DNA of 64,000 bases, from contig NC_043005.1 in assembly GCF_006345805.1 (NCBI RefSeq), forward strand, positions 59,086,001 to 59,150,000, in the 5' to 3' direction. A model generated the notes under the pieces. It was not told where the DNA came from. It was given only the letters and a program-made list of their open reading frames with translations, and ran no database searches. Position 1 is the stretch's first letter; each line of letters starts with the position of its first letter. The stretch is from Octopus sinensis (lineage: Eukaryota). Below, one piece after another: positions 36,663-48,256 of the stretch. A program made the translations under genes and the position numbers.

Positions 36663-37794
36663 TTCAATTTCCATCTACCATTTCTACTCACAAGGAATGA
36701 TTGGTTCACTGCTGTATAAGAAGAAATTTGTCCAAGGTGCTGCACTGCACCGTGAGACTGAACATGAAACCATGCTGTTGGGAAGTGAACTTTTTTAACT
36801 ATTCAGAAAGGTATGTGTGTGTGTTTGTATGTGCATGTGTATGTGTGTATGTGTGTGTTCGAGCTTAAATCATTAATGTTCTTTGGTAAGACTTAAAGGC
36901 CATTAACATAGTTTTAGCTATTACATACACTCAATGAGTATATTCTAAGTATAATAAACAAATACATTCGCCTTGTGACACTAAGTGTTAGTGTGTGCGT
37001 GTGTATTTGCATTTGTTTCTATGTATATATGTGCATAAGTCTCTTACTCTCTGTCTCTATAAGCATGAAAATGAATGAAGTTATCTCCTCAATGCAGTGT
37101 TATGTGCATCTCCTTTCGAGTGGACGGATACTTTTTATGGCTTTCTAAGGATATTTATTTACGTAATTCCACTGAGAAGCTCTATCATTTTTTTCTTTGA
37201 ACTTTATTCATTGTGTCAGCAAATCACTAAAAAGAAATTGTTTCTGAAGGGCTTGCCTGGAAGTGCCATTCTCAAAAGTTGACCAAGATAAGAGAACTTG
37301 GCAGAAATGGTAAATTTCTTCAAAGAAATCCCTTTACCCTACATCAGTCAGTTTGGTAATGTAGTGCAGAAAGAATTAGTGGTGATAGAAACATTTTTTT
37401 GTTTTTTCTTTTATTTTTTATTAGTCCATTTTATTTAATTTTTGTATATTTATTCCTTTATGGCTAAGGACATTTACCTCCAAATAGAAAACAGCATAAA
37501 GAAAGAGCAAATTTGATCTTTCAACTCATTACCTGCTTATATAATTATCAGCTGGTGGTTTTAAAAATCTTCCATAGAAAGCTTAAAATGTTTGGGAGAA
37601 AAACTGGTGCAGCCATAAATGGTTGCATAGATAAAAATGTTTGGTTTGCATCCATGTGTTCTGGGTTTGAACCTACTATGTGACAGCTTGGGAATGACTT
37701 CTTATCTTCTTAGTTCAACCCAGCGAAAGTCATCTGAGTGAAATTTAGTTTAAAGAAAACTGAAAACTGCCTACTGATATCGCATAAATATTTA

Positions 37795-37969
37795 CATAGC
37801 CACTATACTTTTTTCTATTTTCTCTCTCTCTTTATTTCTGTGTTCCTTTCTGTCAAAGAGCATAGGCTCAAAACATAAAAGACTTTCTCAATTTCTGAAT
37901 GTTAAACTAATACATTTATTTGTTATTTACACACCCGTCTTCATCTTCTATTTTTTTGTGAATACTCAC

Positions 37970-37975
<6 letters not shown>
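37795..37975 (+). mobile_element. Penelope-like pseudo-LTR remnant (family P2), HHR decayed
   Basis: CTTT-CTGTCAA-A-GAGC-ATAG-GCTC-AAAA-CATA-AAAG. Confidence 0.55.
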
Positions 37976-38016
<41 letters not shown>

Positions 38017-38262
38017 ACTTACTTGGAGACACGCATTGAGTCGAACCAGGGGCAGCTGATGAAGGGGAATTTTCCTTGTATTGTTTGTCCTGTACTCTGT
38101 TTTTTTGTTGTTAAAAAAGTCTGTTTCCTTGTTTGATTTTATGTTTTCGTTTCTCTTTGTGTTCTACATTTATTTGTGGTGTCCTGTACTCATATATATA
38201 TATATGCATGTATATATACATATAGATGTAAGTATGTACATATATGTATGTATATATGCATA

Positions 38263-38448
38263 TGGCACGTAAAAAGCAGCCACTACACTCACGGAGTGGT
38301 TGGCATTAGGAAGGGCATCCAGCCGTAGAAACACTGCCAAATCTGACTGGGCCTGATGAAAGCTTCCGGCTTCACAGACCCCAGTTAAACCGTCCAACCC
38401 ATGCTAGCATGGAAAACAGACGCTAAATGATGACGATGATGATGATGA
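38263..38448 (+). mobile_element. RTE LINE 3' tail (family C)
   Basis: GGCACGTAAAAAGC..AGGAAGGGCATCCAGCCGTAGAAAC..CCAACCCATGCTAGCATGG-(ATG)n. Confidence 0.8.
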
Positions 38449-39181
38449 TATATATACTATTCTACATCTGTGCATCAAACTCACAGGTACGATAGAGATG
38501 AAGAATGAAATAAAGGTGTGAAAATTTAAAACTTTATATTTTAAAAAATATTTCAATAGTTAAAGTGAAATAAGCATTGTTAACAAATAACTGTGAAAGT
38601 TCTACTTTTATCTTTTTATGTGTTCCAGACCAAAACCTGTGGCCATACTGGGGCAATGCTGTTATTCATTTTTCTTTTTTGTTATTAGGGTTAAATGCTT
38701 ATTGATATTATGAAAATAAACAGATAAATACATGGGCAGAAGGGAAAGTAAATACGATAATTTCTTAGACAGACAGACAACAGGCGGACAGGCAGTCAGT
38801 CAGACAGACAAGGTAATTAGGTAGGTAAGTAGGTAAGGTGGTAGGTAGGTAGGTGAGGCTTTTGATATATCAAAAGTTACGCAAATACATAGCTATATTA
38901 ATAGACATACAAATAATTACATTACTGAACTGAAGTGAAATGAAAAGAAATGAAAATGATCTCCATTGGTAAATAACTCAGACAGAACCTTGTAAACAAA
39001 CTAGTGTTGTTTGCTTACATATCTTTATTTTTTTTAATTCCTTCACTTAACACATATGCTTTAATGCAATTAATTATCGGCTGCTCAGTTGAAACATTTG
39101 TTTATAAAATATGGTGGATGTTAGATGATATTAGCTAAAAAGATAAAGGATGTAAAAGATTATTTTTCAAAAAATAACCGT

Positions 39182-39900
39182 GCACTACATCTATGGTGTG
39201 AATTGCAGTGAAGCCACTTCAATAACAGGTGAACAAGAAGGAATGCACTTCTTAATACCTTGCATAAAGCTAGCTCCAAATGACTCCAACCTTCCTTTCA
39301 TTTTGGAATGAGTTCAGTTCCCTGTAAGGCTGTCCTTCACTCCAACAATAAATAAGGCACTGGGACAGACATTTAACAAAACTGGAATATATTTGCCACA
39401 TCCTGTATTCAGCCATGTGTTATTTTCTAGAGCCAGGAAATTATCTAATGTGGCAGTAATAGTAGTTGAGTAGTGAAGGTGCTTGGCTCAGTGGTTAGAG
39501 CATTGAGCTTACGATCGTGAGGTTGTGAGTTCAGATCCCGGCCCAGGCTATGTGTTGTGTTCTTGAGCAAGACACTTTATTTCATGTTGCTCCAGTTCAC
39601 TCAGCTGTAGAAATGAGTTGTGACATCACAGCTGCCAAGCAGTATCGGCCTTTGCCTTTCCCTTGGATAACACTGGTGGCATGGAGAGGGGAGGCCGGTA
39701 TGCATAAGCAACTGCTGGTCTTCCATAAACAACCTTGCCCGGATTTGTGCTTGGGAGGATAACTTTCTAGGTGCAATCCCATGGTCAGTCATGACTGAAG
39801 GGGGGTCTCAGCTCAGTAGTTGAGACCAACAGATTAGGGAAATTGGAAATTAAAACTCTTACAAAAAAACACAGTGTATAAAGAAGTGCTGAGAGAGTAA
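39182..39900 (+). mobile_element. Helitron PIF1-like helicase C-terminal fragment, split by a SINE
   Basis: FLIPCIKLAPNDSNLPFILE*VQFPVRLSFTPTINKALGQTFNKTGIYLPHPVFSH..SRAR..[SINE]..TKNTVYKEVL. Confidence 0.85.
39477..39810 (+). mobile_element. SINE family D (tRNA-like head, Meta/V-like central domain)
   Basis: A-box TGGCTCAGTGG, B-box-like GAGTTCAGATCCC, TGTGTTCTTGAGCAAGACACTTTA domain; AGTAGTTGAG duplicated at 39461 and 39815. Confidence 0.85.
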
Positions 39901-40651
39901 ATTTAGAATTGTATTAATCTCATGTATATGTGTGCCTTTCATATTACATTCAGTTCATATGGTTTGTAAAGTATTTTCTGTGATCACATACAATAACCAT
40001 TTCATACACATTTAAATTATTTCATGTTTTGTGTTTCTGTTTGTATATGTATATCACAAACAGTTTGTACAGTTTGTATAGGCCTGTTTGTAATGTAGAA
40101 TTTTTGTATCTAATTCAGTGAGTAAGCTAATGTTTCTTCCTATGTACATATAATCATATGAAATATAGCATGTATATATTTATTTACTTTGTAAATATGT
40201 AATAAAAATTATAAATAATAAACATTTAATCAATATACATGAATGAGTTTAATCTTTTTAACTCAGCTTTTATTTCCTTAAACCATAAAGCACATCATAT
40301 CTGTCAAATATGTATTACAAAGAGGTAAATAAGCAATACCTTCAAAATTCATTTCAATTATATTTAGAAGCACTGTTTGATTAAGTGGCAGGATATTAAA
40401 AGAATTTTTTGAAACTCCTTGTTTGTGTTTAATATACTAACATAATATTTTCAAATGTTCTGACTTATATCATGGAATTTCTATAAGTCTTGCTGGTATT
40501 TCATAATTTTATTGTGCAAACAGCATTTATCAAATTTAAGTGTATTAAATAAAAATACAGGAAAAGTGAAAGTGAAAACAGTTCTATCTAATTCAAATAT
40601 TGTATTGTAATGCATCATAAGGTCTAAGTGTCTCATTTATAATTTTTATAA

Positions 40652-41235
40652 TGTGGCTCTCCACTCATGATAACAGCAAAACTAATTGCATTCCAGTGCT
40701 TTGAAACAACAGGTGCTTTCTCCAGATGGCCTCTGGTGTTCATCAATGCCAATTTGAAACACCAAAGTGTGTGCAGACTCCAAGGCATATTTGTAACTCC
40801 TGATGTAGCCATTCTTTTTGTGGATGGTTATCTTGAAGTTAAAGAGTCAAATCAAACTTTGTGCCAAGGAAGATGGTGTTTTTTATCATAAGCTTTGTCT
40901 CTTGATGTCACCCAAAAAGTTGCTGCAAAAATTGAACCTCTTCACTGGGAAGGGGCTGAAGTGATCCAATGTGTGGTAGATTTGCTCTTTTAATATAAAA
41001 GTTTGCATGAATTCTCCCCTGATGATGTTGGTTTCAAAAGTCTTTTGGATATCAGAGTTATACTTTCTGATGTTCTTCAAAAACTAATTGAATACCTTAG
41101 TAGTGACAATAAGAATCTATTTTAGGATCTCAGGTAGATCAGAAAGGACTGGTAGATTAACTTTTCGGTTTGTACAGCACATTGCATCTGTATTTTGTTT
41201 GCATTTCCTGACTAAGTGCTTGTCAAAAATTTTGG
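40652..41235 (-). mobile_element. Helitron Rep N-terminal region fragment
   Basis: CCTNRKVNLPVLSDLPEILK..FLKNIRKYNS..GEFMQTFILKEQIYH..FLGD..IHKKNGYIRSYKYALE..RPSGE..FAVIMSG. Confidence 0.8.
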
Positions 41236-41409
41236 ATATAGTACTAGTTGAAATTATTTCCTCCAAGTACTGATAGTGTCCCAAATTTTTTCCATCCTAT
41301 TCTTGTTGTAGCTATTATGCTTTCAGAACATGTTCCTCCATAACTGATTATGATGCAAAGTTAACAGTAACTATCAATTACTTCTATGAAATCTTCTAAT
41401 CATCATTAC

Positions 41410-41850
41410 CATCATCATCATCGCTTAACATCCTCCTTCCATGCTGGCATGGGTTGGATGGTTTGACTGGAGCTGACCAGGCAAGAACCTACACTATGCT
41501 TTTGTATCTGTTTTGGCAAGATTTTTATAGCTAGATGCCCTTCCTAACACCAACCACACTGTAGAATAGGCTGAGTGCTTTTTACATGGCCCTTTCACAG
41601 GCAAGGTCAGTTTTGGCATGGTTTTTAGAGCTGGTTGCCCTTCCAAATGCCAACCACTTTACAGTGTGGATTGGGTGATTTTTAAGTGGCACCTGCACTG
41701 GCCGGGTCACCAAGTAACTTTGCAAGATAAAGAATCTTTGAGAGAGGTGGGGGCACTGGAGGAAGTGATCTTGTGTCAGATGATGAAAGGCTAGAGAGTG
41801 ACAGAGAGATAGAAACAGATGTCTTGCTGTAGAGGAGGTACATGACTACC
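41410..41850 (-). mobile_element. RTE LINE 3' end (family C)
   Basis: (CAT)n-CGCTTAACATCC..CCATGCTGGCATGGGTTGG..GATGCCCTTCCTAACACCAACCAC, with a duplicated internal block. Confidence 0.7.
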
Positions 41851-43281
41851 CAACAAAAGAGAGAGAGAGAGAGAGGAAGAAAGGGAGAGAAAGAGAGGGA
41901 AAGAGAGCAGCAACAATGAAATTATTTTAAATGTACTATGACTGCAAACTACACCGGTGCATCTACCACATAGCTGTGCACTCTCCACTAGCCTCTCTGT
42001 GATCTCAGTTCACCATTCATGCACCCAAATTCCTCGTTGAGTGCATCATAAATCAATGTTTCAAAAAAGAGGCTATGATGGATTTCAATCTCATTTTTTA
42101 AATTTAAGTGGAAAGTTAGAACAATTTTCAAAAACTGATAAAAAATAATTATAACGGAGGAATAACTATCAAAACAAGAGACACACAAAAAATTAATATA
42201 TTTTAGCTTTTTTAATTTTTTTTTAATTAAATGTTAGTCAAAAATAGAAACTAAAGCCTGAGGCTGCACTCAGTAATTATGAATGTTTAAATAGCAGGAA
42301 AACTATTTTAAATAGTTGATGCAGAACTTATTGCAAGGTTAATGTTGACAAAGTTTTTTTTCTCTCATCAGAATCTATTTTTACTATTGATTTGGAATAT
42401 AAGTGAAAGGTTTCAAATTTTGAAGATGAGTATTGTCATTTAGAGCGATGCCCCACCTCAATATTCATGTAGTATGTGGTGTTTTTACCTTGCTTTGGGC
42501 CTTTAACTCCTGATGGTGGCATAAGGAGACTGTTGTGATATACTAATCTATCCTGGTTGATTTGGCAGAGCTCATCTGTTTACAAGCCTTATCAATACCA
42601 ATATTAGATAGATAGATTGATAGTTAGATAGATAGATTGATTGATCAATCGATTGACATACAGAGAAGAGAAAGAAGAAAAATAAGAGAAGGGAAAAGAC
42701 AAAGGAGAAGAAGAAGAAGTAGTAGTAGTAGTATTAGTCGTCGTCGGCGGCGGCGTCTTCAATACTTGACAGATGCTTTATTTATCAACTCAAAGAGAGA
42801 ATCAGAAGTAAATTTGACTTTGGCAGGATTTGAACTAAGATTGCATAAATGATCTGGAATAAATACAGCAAGGTATTCTGTCTGAGACACTAATTACTCT
42901 GGCAATTAGCCACCTCATTGATGTATTTAAACAATCAAGAAATTGTAAAAGCCAATTTCAACTTTGGCAAGATACAAGCACAGAACATGAGTGCATTAGA
43001 TAAATGTATTTTACCAACCTTCATCGCTGCTGTAAGGTGATGATAAAGACATACTCTAAGTACAGAATATCTATGCAAGTACCTGCTACTATAGCCCTGG
43101 GCTTTAGTGGATTTTGTAAACAGAAACTGAAAGAAGCGCGTTGTATGTGTGTGAGTCTTTATATATATTTCAACCATTCTTGGTCTTTTCAGTGGTGGAC
43201 ACTTGACTGTTTGGCAAAATAGAGAATACAAGAGGTGGGTGTTCAAAACAAAACTGCTTTAATAATAATAATAATAATAAT

Positions 43282-43912
43282 AAATGCCCTGATGCAGTAC
43301 CAGGCAGTGGCTCTAAATGCCTCGATGCAGTATCAGGTAGCGGCTCTCATGGCTTCTGATCTTAACTGATTGGAAGTGTTATCCTGTACATTGTTTTGGA
43401 CTACAGCAAATATTCTGCTCAATGCCACAGATTTGTTTGTCTGTTGTTTGACCATTACTAGTTGAGTATGTCCCTTAGTGGCTGACGATATGTGCATCTC
43501 TGATCATGAGCAGAAGTAGTGGGGGAGCATCATAGCCATGTGTTGAGAGGGATTCTTTGGGGTTTGAATAATTCACCTCTGGAAACATGGGTGTTTCGTT
43601 CAACATACTTAAACAACCCTTATTCAGGAACCTTTTTAGTGGGATGGGTTACTCGACCAGAAGAACATTCTAACTGGGCTTCACCTGCAAGGTCATGTGC
43701 TGTATAGTTTGGTATGAGATCACCATGTCGCGCACATATGGTTGTGATGCATATGCCTAGTATGCCCTTATCAGACGGGTAGTCATGATGGGTATACTGG
43801 GCTTCGTATATTCTACCCCAGTGTCACTTTGATGGCATGCACTGTTCTCTCACTCAATAATAATAATAACAATAATAATAATAATAATATTAATAATAAT
43901 AATAATAATAAT
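43282..43912 (+). mobile_element. R4/Dong-like LINE 3' UTR with (TAA)n tail, inserted in a (TAA)n tract
   Basis: Ends CTCTCACTC-(AAT)n and is preceded by (AAT)n; last ~220 bp homologous to 54645-54870; clade label inferred from the tail and target. Confidence 0.6.
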
Positions 43913-44514
43913 ATTACAAGGGACAAAGATGAGAACATTAGAGTGCTTAAAGGAAGCACAAGATGAAGAAAAAAGGAAATATTGGTTAGAAGTTTGCAAT
44001 TGCCCCATTGGCAAATTAATTGGGGAACCACTTGACTTTCACATTGTTAAAGTGTTTGAGTAATTTTTCATAGGCACAAGCATGGCCGTCTGGTTAAGAA
44101 GTTCATTTTGAAACCAATGGTTTCAAGTTCAGTCCCACTGTGCACTACCATGTGAAACTGTGTACAAATAAAGCTCCAGGCTGACCAATGTTTTGTTAGT
44201 GAATTTGGTAGATGGAAACTGAGTGGAAACGCATCATATAAATACATTTATATATATTCAATATTATTTGGGTAATAACCTCGTAACATGCATTTAAAAG
44301 TCCTATGTTGTTATTGGTTACTATTTTTCTATCTTCTTGTATGAAGTTATATGCATGTGTGTGTTTCTCCTCTGGTATTGGTTTGCAGGGCATGATATGC
44401 AGGACCAAAAATGGAACAACAAGCAGCATGACAGAACAATCTGAGCCAGTGCTCTTGAACTATACAAGTGACAAGACACATTTCAGTTTCTGAATATAGT
44501 CATTAGATGATGAT

Positions 44515-44780
44515 GGTGATCATCATCATCATCTTTTAGCAGCTGCTTTCCATGCAGGCATGGGTTGAATGGTTTGACAGGAGCCAACCAGCCAGAAGAC
44601 TACCCAAAGCTGCTGTGTCTGTTTTGGCAGGGTTTTTATGGTGCTTTTCCTAACACCAACCCCTGAGTACTTTTTACATGTGACCAGCACTGGTGAGGTC
44701 AGTTTTGGCATTGTTTTTACAACTGCATGCCCATCCAAATGCCAGCCACTTTACAGTATGGACTGGATGCTTTTTATGTG
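44515..44780 (-). mobile_element. RTE LINE 3' tail (family C), diverged
   Basis: (CAT)n..TTCCATGCAGGCATGGGTTG..TTCCTAACACCAACC. Confidence 0.65.
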
Positions 44781-44829
44781 GTAAAATTAATCAATCACCT
44801 CAGGCAACTTTAGTGGATGCCACTATGTT

Positions 44830-45018
44830 GGTTTAAAATTTTGGCACTAGTTCAGCGATTTCAGTGGAGTGAGCAAGTCGATTACCAGTACTTATTTCAT
44901 TGACCTGAAATGGATGAAGGGAAAAGTCAAGCTCAGCAGTATTTGAACTCAAAATGGGAAGATGGATGAAATCCCAGCAAGTATTCTGCTCAGTTTGCTA
45001 ATGATTCTGCCAGCTTGC
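44830..45018 (-). mobile_element. SINE family A, diverged
   Basis: GGATGAAGGGAAAAGTC..TTTGAACTC..TTCTGCCAGCTTG. Confidence 0.65.
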
Positions 45019-45626
45019 AGATTTTGTTGAGTCCAATATATTGCAGGTAGTCACTTTACTCTACCTGTCTCTCCCTTCCAAAAGTTTCAGTAACCCTGTA
45101 GAGTCATGGTCATTGACCTTTACTCCTGACTGAAAGATAAACAAATAAAATAAAATAAAATAACATAAAATAAATAAATGTGAAGTTCAGTAAATAAACT
45201 AAAATGTCAAAATTTCAACCCAAGAAATTTGTTTGAATAACTGTGACTACTAAGCCACAATATTCACTTTCTATTGCTTTATATTGGAAAAAGCATTTCC
45301 TTTATCTCAATAGCATAGCGGAGGGTGGAGAGAAAAGAGTGCAAGAGATCAGACATAAGAGTAGACTTCAATATCTCATTGTTCTCAACTAAAATCCAAC
45401 TTCAGAGGACTTTTATCTTTAATTTCTCAAAGAGTTTTAAAATGCAGAAATTTTAATTCATTGCAACCAATTTCAATCAGCTATAATGGTTTTTGAAAAC
45501 GTAAGCAACAACAGTTGCACGTTTCTATGAAATCTCATGAATAAATCCGTATTTAAGTTACAGCACTATGTAAATGAAACATTATGTATATCTGCACACA
45601 AACACACGCACACGTATATTTCTGTT

Positions 45627-45630
45627 TATT

Positions 45631-45699
<69 letters not shown>

Positions 45700-45756
45700 T
45701 TATCTATCTATGTATTTCTCTATCTGTCTATCTACTTCTTATCTATCCGTTAATCG

Positions 45757-45792
<36 letters not shown>
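45627..45792. repeat. (TATC)n and (TA)n microsatellites
   Basis: Direct inspection. Confidence 0.9.
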
Positions 45793-45794
<2 letters not shown>

Positions 45795-45915
45795 CTACGA
45801 TATCAGGAAACATCAACATTACTAGAAATAAGAACTAAATTGCTCTCATGGCACATAAATGAAAACATATACACTAACAGGGACCATAATCAGCTGAAAT
45901 GTACTGATCGAAAAT

Positions 45916-45968
45916 TCTTAATACTGACACAGCAGTTTTGACTATTTCCATTGCCTCATCAGTTAAGA
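45916..45968 (-). ncRNA. Type I hammerhead ribozyme motif (G12>A)
   Basis: UCUUAA-CUGAUGA-GGCAAU-GGAA-AUAGUC-AAA-ACUG-CUGUGU-CAGU-A/UUAAGA: 6-bp stem I, 4-bp stem III, GUA cleavage triplet. Confidence 0.75.
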
Positions 45969-46271
45969 GAGCTTGGATTCAGCTCTTTCCAGCACTTTTC
46001 GGATGATTATGGTCTCAATTAGTGTATATGTTTACATTTATGTGCATTAACTAAAGAATTAGAGTGATTTAGCTCTTATTTCTAGTAATGTTGGTGTTTC
46101 CTAACACCCTAGTCACATTTAGTGACATTTCTCCCTTTTGGGAAAACATTGCAAGTTTATATAAATTTTATACATACACATTAGGGAATCAGTAAATCAT
46201 CCAATAATTTGGATGAAGAAAACATAAATACTAATGGTGAAGTGAGACTGGAAAGAGTCGAAGCTGAGATG

Positions 46272-46324
46272 TCTTAACTGATGAGGCAATGGAAATTGTC
46301 AAAAATGAGGCATCAATATTAAGA
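46272..46324 (+). ncRNA. Type I hammerhead ribozyme motif (G12>A, stem III decayed)
   Basis: UCUUAA-CUGAUGA-GGCAAU-GGAA-AUUGUC-AAAA..AUA-UUAAGA: 6-bp stem II (one G-U) with GNRA loop, 6-bp stem I. Confidence 0.7.
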
Positions 46325-46582
46325 ATTCTTGATCAACACTTTTCAGATGATTATGGTCCCTGCTAATGTATGTTTTCATTCATGTGCAATAGCTGTAGCA
46401 TTAAAGCGATTTAGTTCTTATTTCTAGCAATATAGGTGTTTCCTAACACCCTTGTCACATCTAATGGCATTTGCAATTCTTCTTTTTGGTGAAACATTGC
46501 AAACTTCTGTTTATAATAAATTTATATTTATATATACATATATGGAGTAAGTGGAGCAAGAACACACAAAAAAACGAAATGT

Positions 46583-46620
46583 GTCACTGAAGAGGTCACA
46601 GATGTGAAAGACTTCTGGAC
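46583..46620 (+). ncRNA. Possible third, unrelated HHR remnant with a 4-nt deletion
   Basis: GUCA-CUGAAGA-GGUCAC-AGAU-GUGA[CCGA missing]AAG-AC-UUC-UGGAC. Confidence 0.35.
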
Positions 46621-46699
46621 AAAAGGATTATTATTATTGAGTGAGAGAGCAGTGCAGGACATGAGTTAAAATAATAAAATAAGAACAGTAATAAGTGAG

Positions 46700-47610
46700 T
46701 GAAGAAAATATATATTGTGTATGCATTTATTGGACAAAAAAAGTGACCGTCCCAAAATACAACAATATCTGTTTCAACACATGATTTCACATCAGGAATC
46801 TTGCAAAATGAATTAATAAATATATAACCAACTTTAATAATGTTCGAAGTAATAATATCAAAAGTAAAAAGAAACCTATACCATATATTCGAATGGGTGA
46901 CAACAATAACATCATTTGGATTATATTTCCTTTTGCTAAACATTTAAAGTCTAATTTTATCAAATCTATTCTATCCATTATTAAATCAAACTTTAGTAAC
47001 TTTAGGTATGCTAAAATATTTAATAACAAAGTGAAATAACTTCCTCTACTACAAATACTAACCCCAATTATTCCTGTAGCTCTGTATCTAATACCAACAA
47101 CTCTCATAATCACACTACCCCTATTTCCATTAATACATATACACTTAACAATAGAATGTCTAATATTAGTAATAATTGTAACTGTAGAAACCTAAATACC
47201 TGTGAGGTAAAAGGTAACTGTAAAAAGAAAAAATGTAGTATATAAAGCTACTATTATAACCCATGATCTCTCTAAGTTTAATTATATAGTTTGTACATAG
47301 GACCATTTTAAATCGTGATTCAATAATCATAAATCATCTTTAAATGACCCTCGGAAAGAAAATAGTAACAGTCTATCAAAAAAGGTCTAGCAACTAAAAA
47401 GAGATAACATAAATTTCTCAATTTCTTGGAATATTATTTCTTCTGCTCCTACTTATAGGATTAGAAATAGGACATGTCTTTTATGCCGAGAAGAGTCTTA
47501 TACAATTATGAAAATGAATAGTACTATCTTAAATTTGAGAAATGAGATATCTTTTTCATATAAACATATGTCTAAATTTCTTTTCATAAACCTTTACTAG
47601 TTTTTTATTA
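46700..47610 (+). mobile_element. Penelope-like element ORF 3' half: RT thumb/linker plus GIY-YIG endonuclease (pseudogene)
   Basis: NIIWIIFPFAKHLKSNFIK..KIFNNKVK..CNCRNLNTCEVKGNC..VVYKATI..FNNHKSSL..NSLSKKV*QLKRDNINFSISWNII..TCLLCREE..LNLRNEI..KHMSKF. Confidence 0.85.
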
Positions 47611-47885
47611 ACAACCCCATCTTCTTCATATTGGTTCTCATTCTACTTATTACCTCTCCTTAATTGTTTATATAATACCCCTTAGTTGCATATATACTGC
47701 ATATATATATGTCTCTATCTGTATACGTGATTTTTAGATTTTTTCTTTGCTTAACACCCATAACTGTTCATACACTAAATCTAGTTTAAATATAGCTTTC
47801 TAACTTTGTTAGATGCTTACTGTTATTATAGTATTGTTTTTTTGTTTTCAAAATAACTATACATACGTGTAGGTCTCTATTTTTT

Positions 47886-48256
47886 TTTTTTACTTGTTTC
47901 AGTCATTTGACTACGGCCATGCTGCAGCACCGCCTTTAATCAAGCAACTTGACCCCGGGACTTATTCTTTGTAAGCCCAGTACTTATTCTATTGGTCAAT
48001 TTTGCCAAACCGCTAAGTGACGGGGACATAAACACACCAGCATGCTAGGGGGACAAATACAAACATACACGAACACATATATATACATATATACGACGGG
48101 CTTCTTTCAGTTTCCGTCTACCAAATCCACTCACAAGGCTTTGGTTGGCCCGAGGCTATAGTAGAAGACACTTGCCCAGGGTGCCACGCAGTGGGACTGA
48201 ACCCGCAACCATGTGGTTGGTAAACAAGCTACTTACCACACAGCCACTCCTGCGCC
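47886..48256 (-). mobile_element. SINE family B, full length, low divergence
   Basis: Reverse complement of the family B consensus; many CpGs retained. Confidence 0.9.

Larger units (their letters stand above)
45790..46540. mobile_element. Hammerhead-bearing ~340-bp repeat unit in inverted plus tandem arrangement (PLE pseudo-LTR or non-LTR retrozyme-like)
   Basis: Minus copy 45790-45993, plus partial copy 45994-46180, plus copy 46245-46540; ACTTTTC(G/A)GATGATTATGGTC recurs at 45994 and 46338 (344-bp period). Confidence 0.75.

Noticed and set aside
37089-37170. Possible exon LCASPFEWTDTFYGFLR
   Set aside because: Weak splice signals and no recognised family
38050-38080. CAGCTGATGAAGGGGAATTTTCCTT (related strings at ~51810 and ~62140, minus strand)
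   Set aside because: CUGAUGA plus hairpin but no downstream GAAA core; a probable repeat family, not a supportable ribozyme
39477-39550. tRNA-like sequence (A/B boxes, TAC/CAC anticodon-like loop)
   Set aside because: SINE head present in several copies and continuing into a SINE body; no complete acceptor stem
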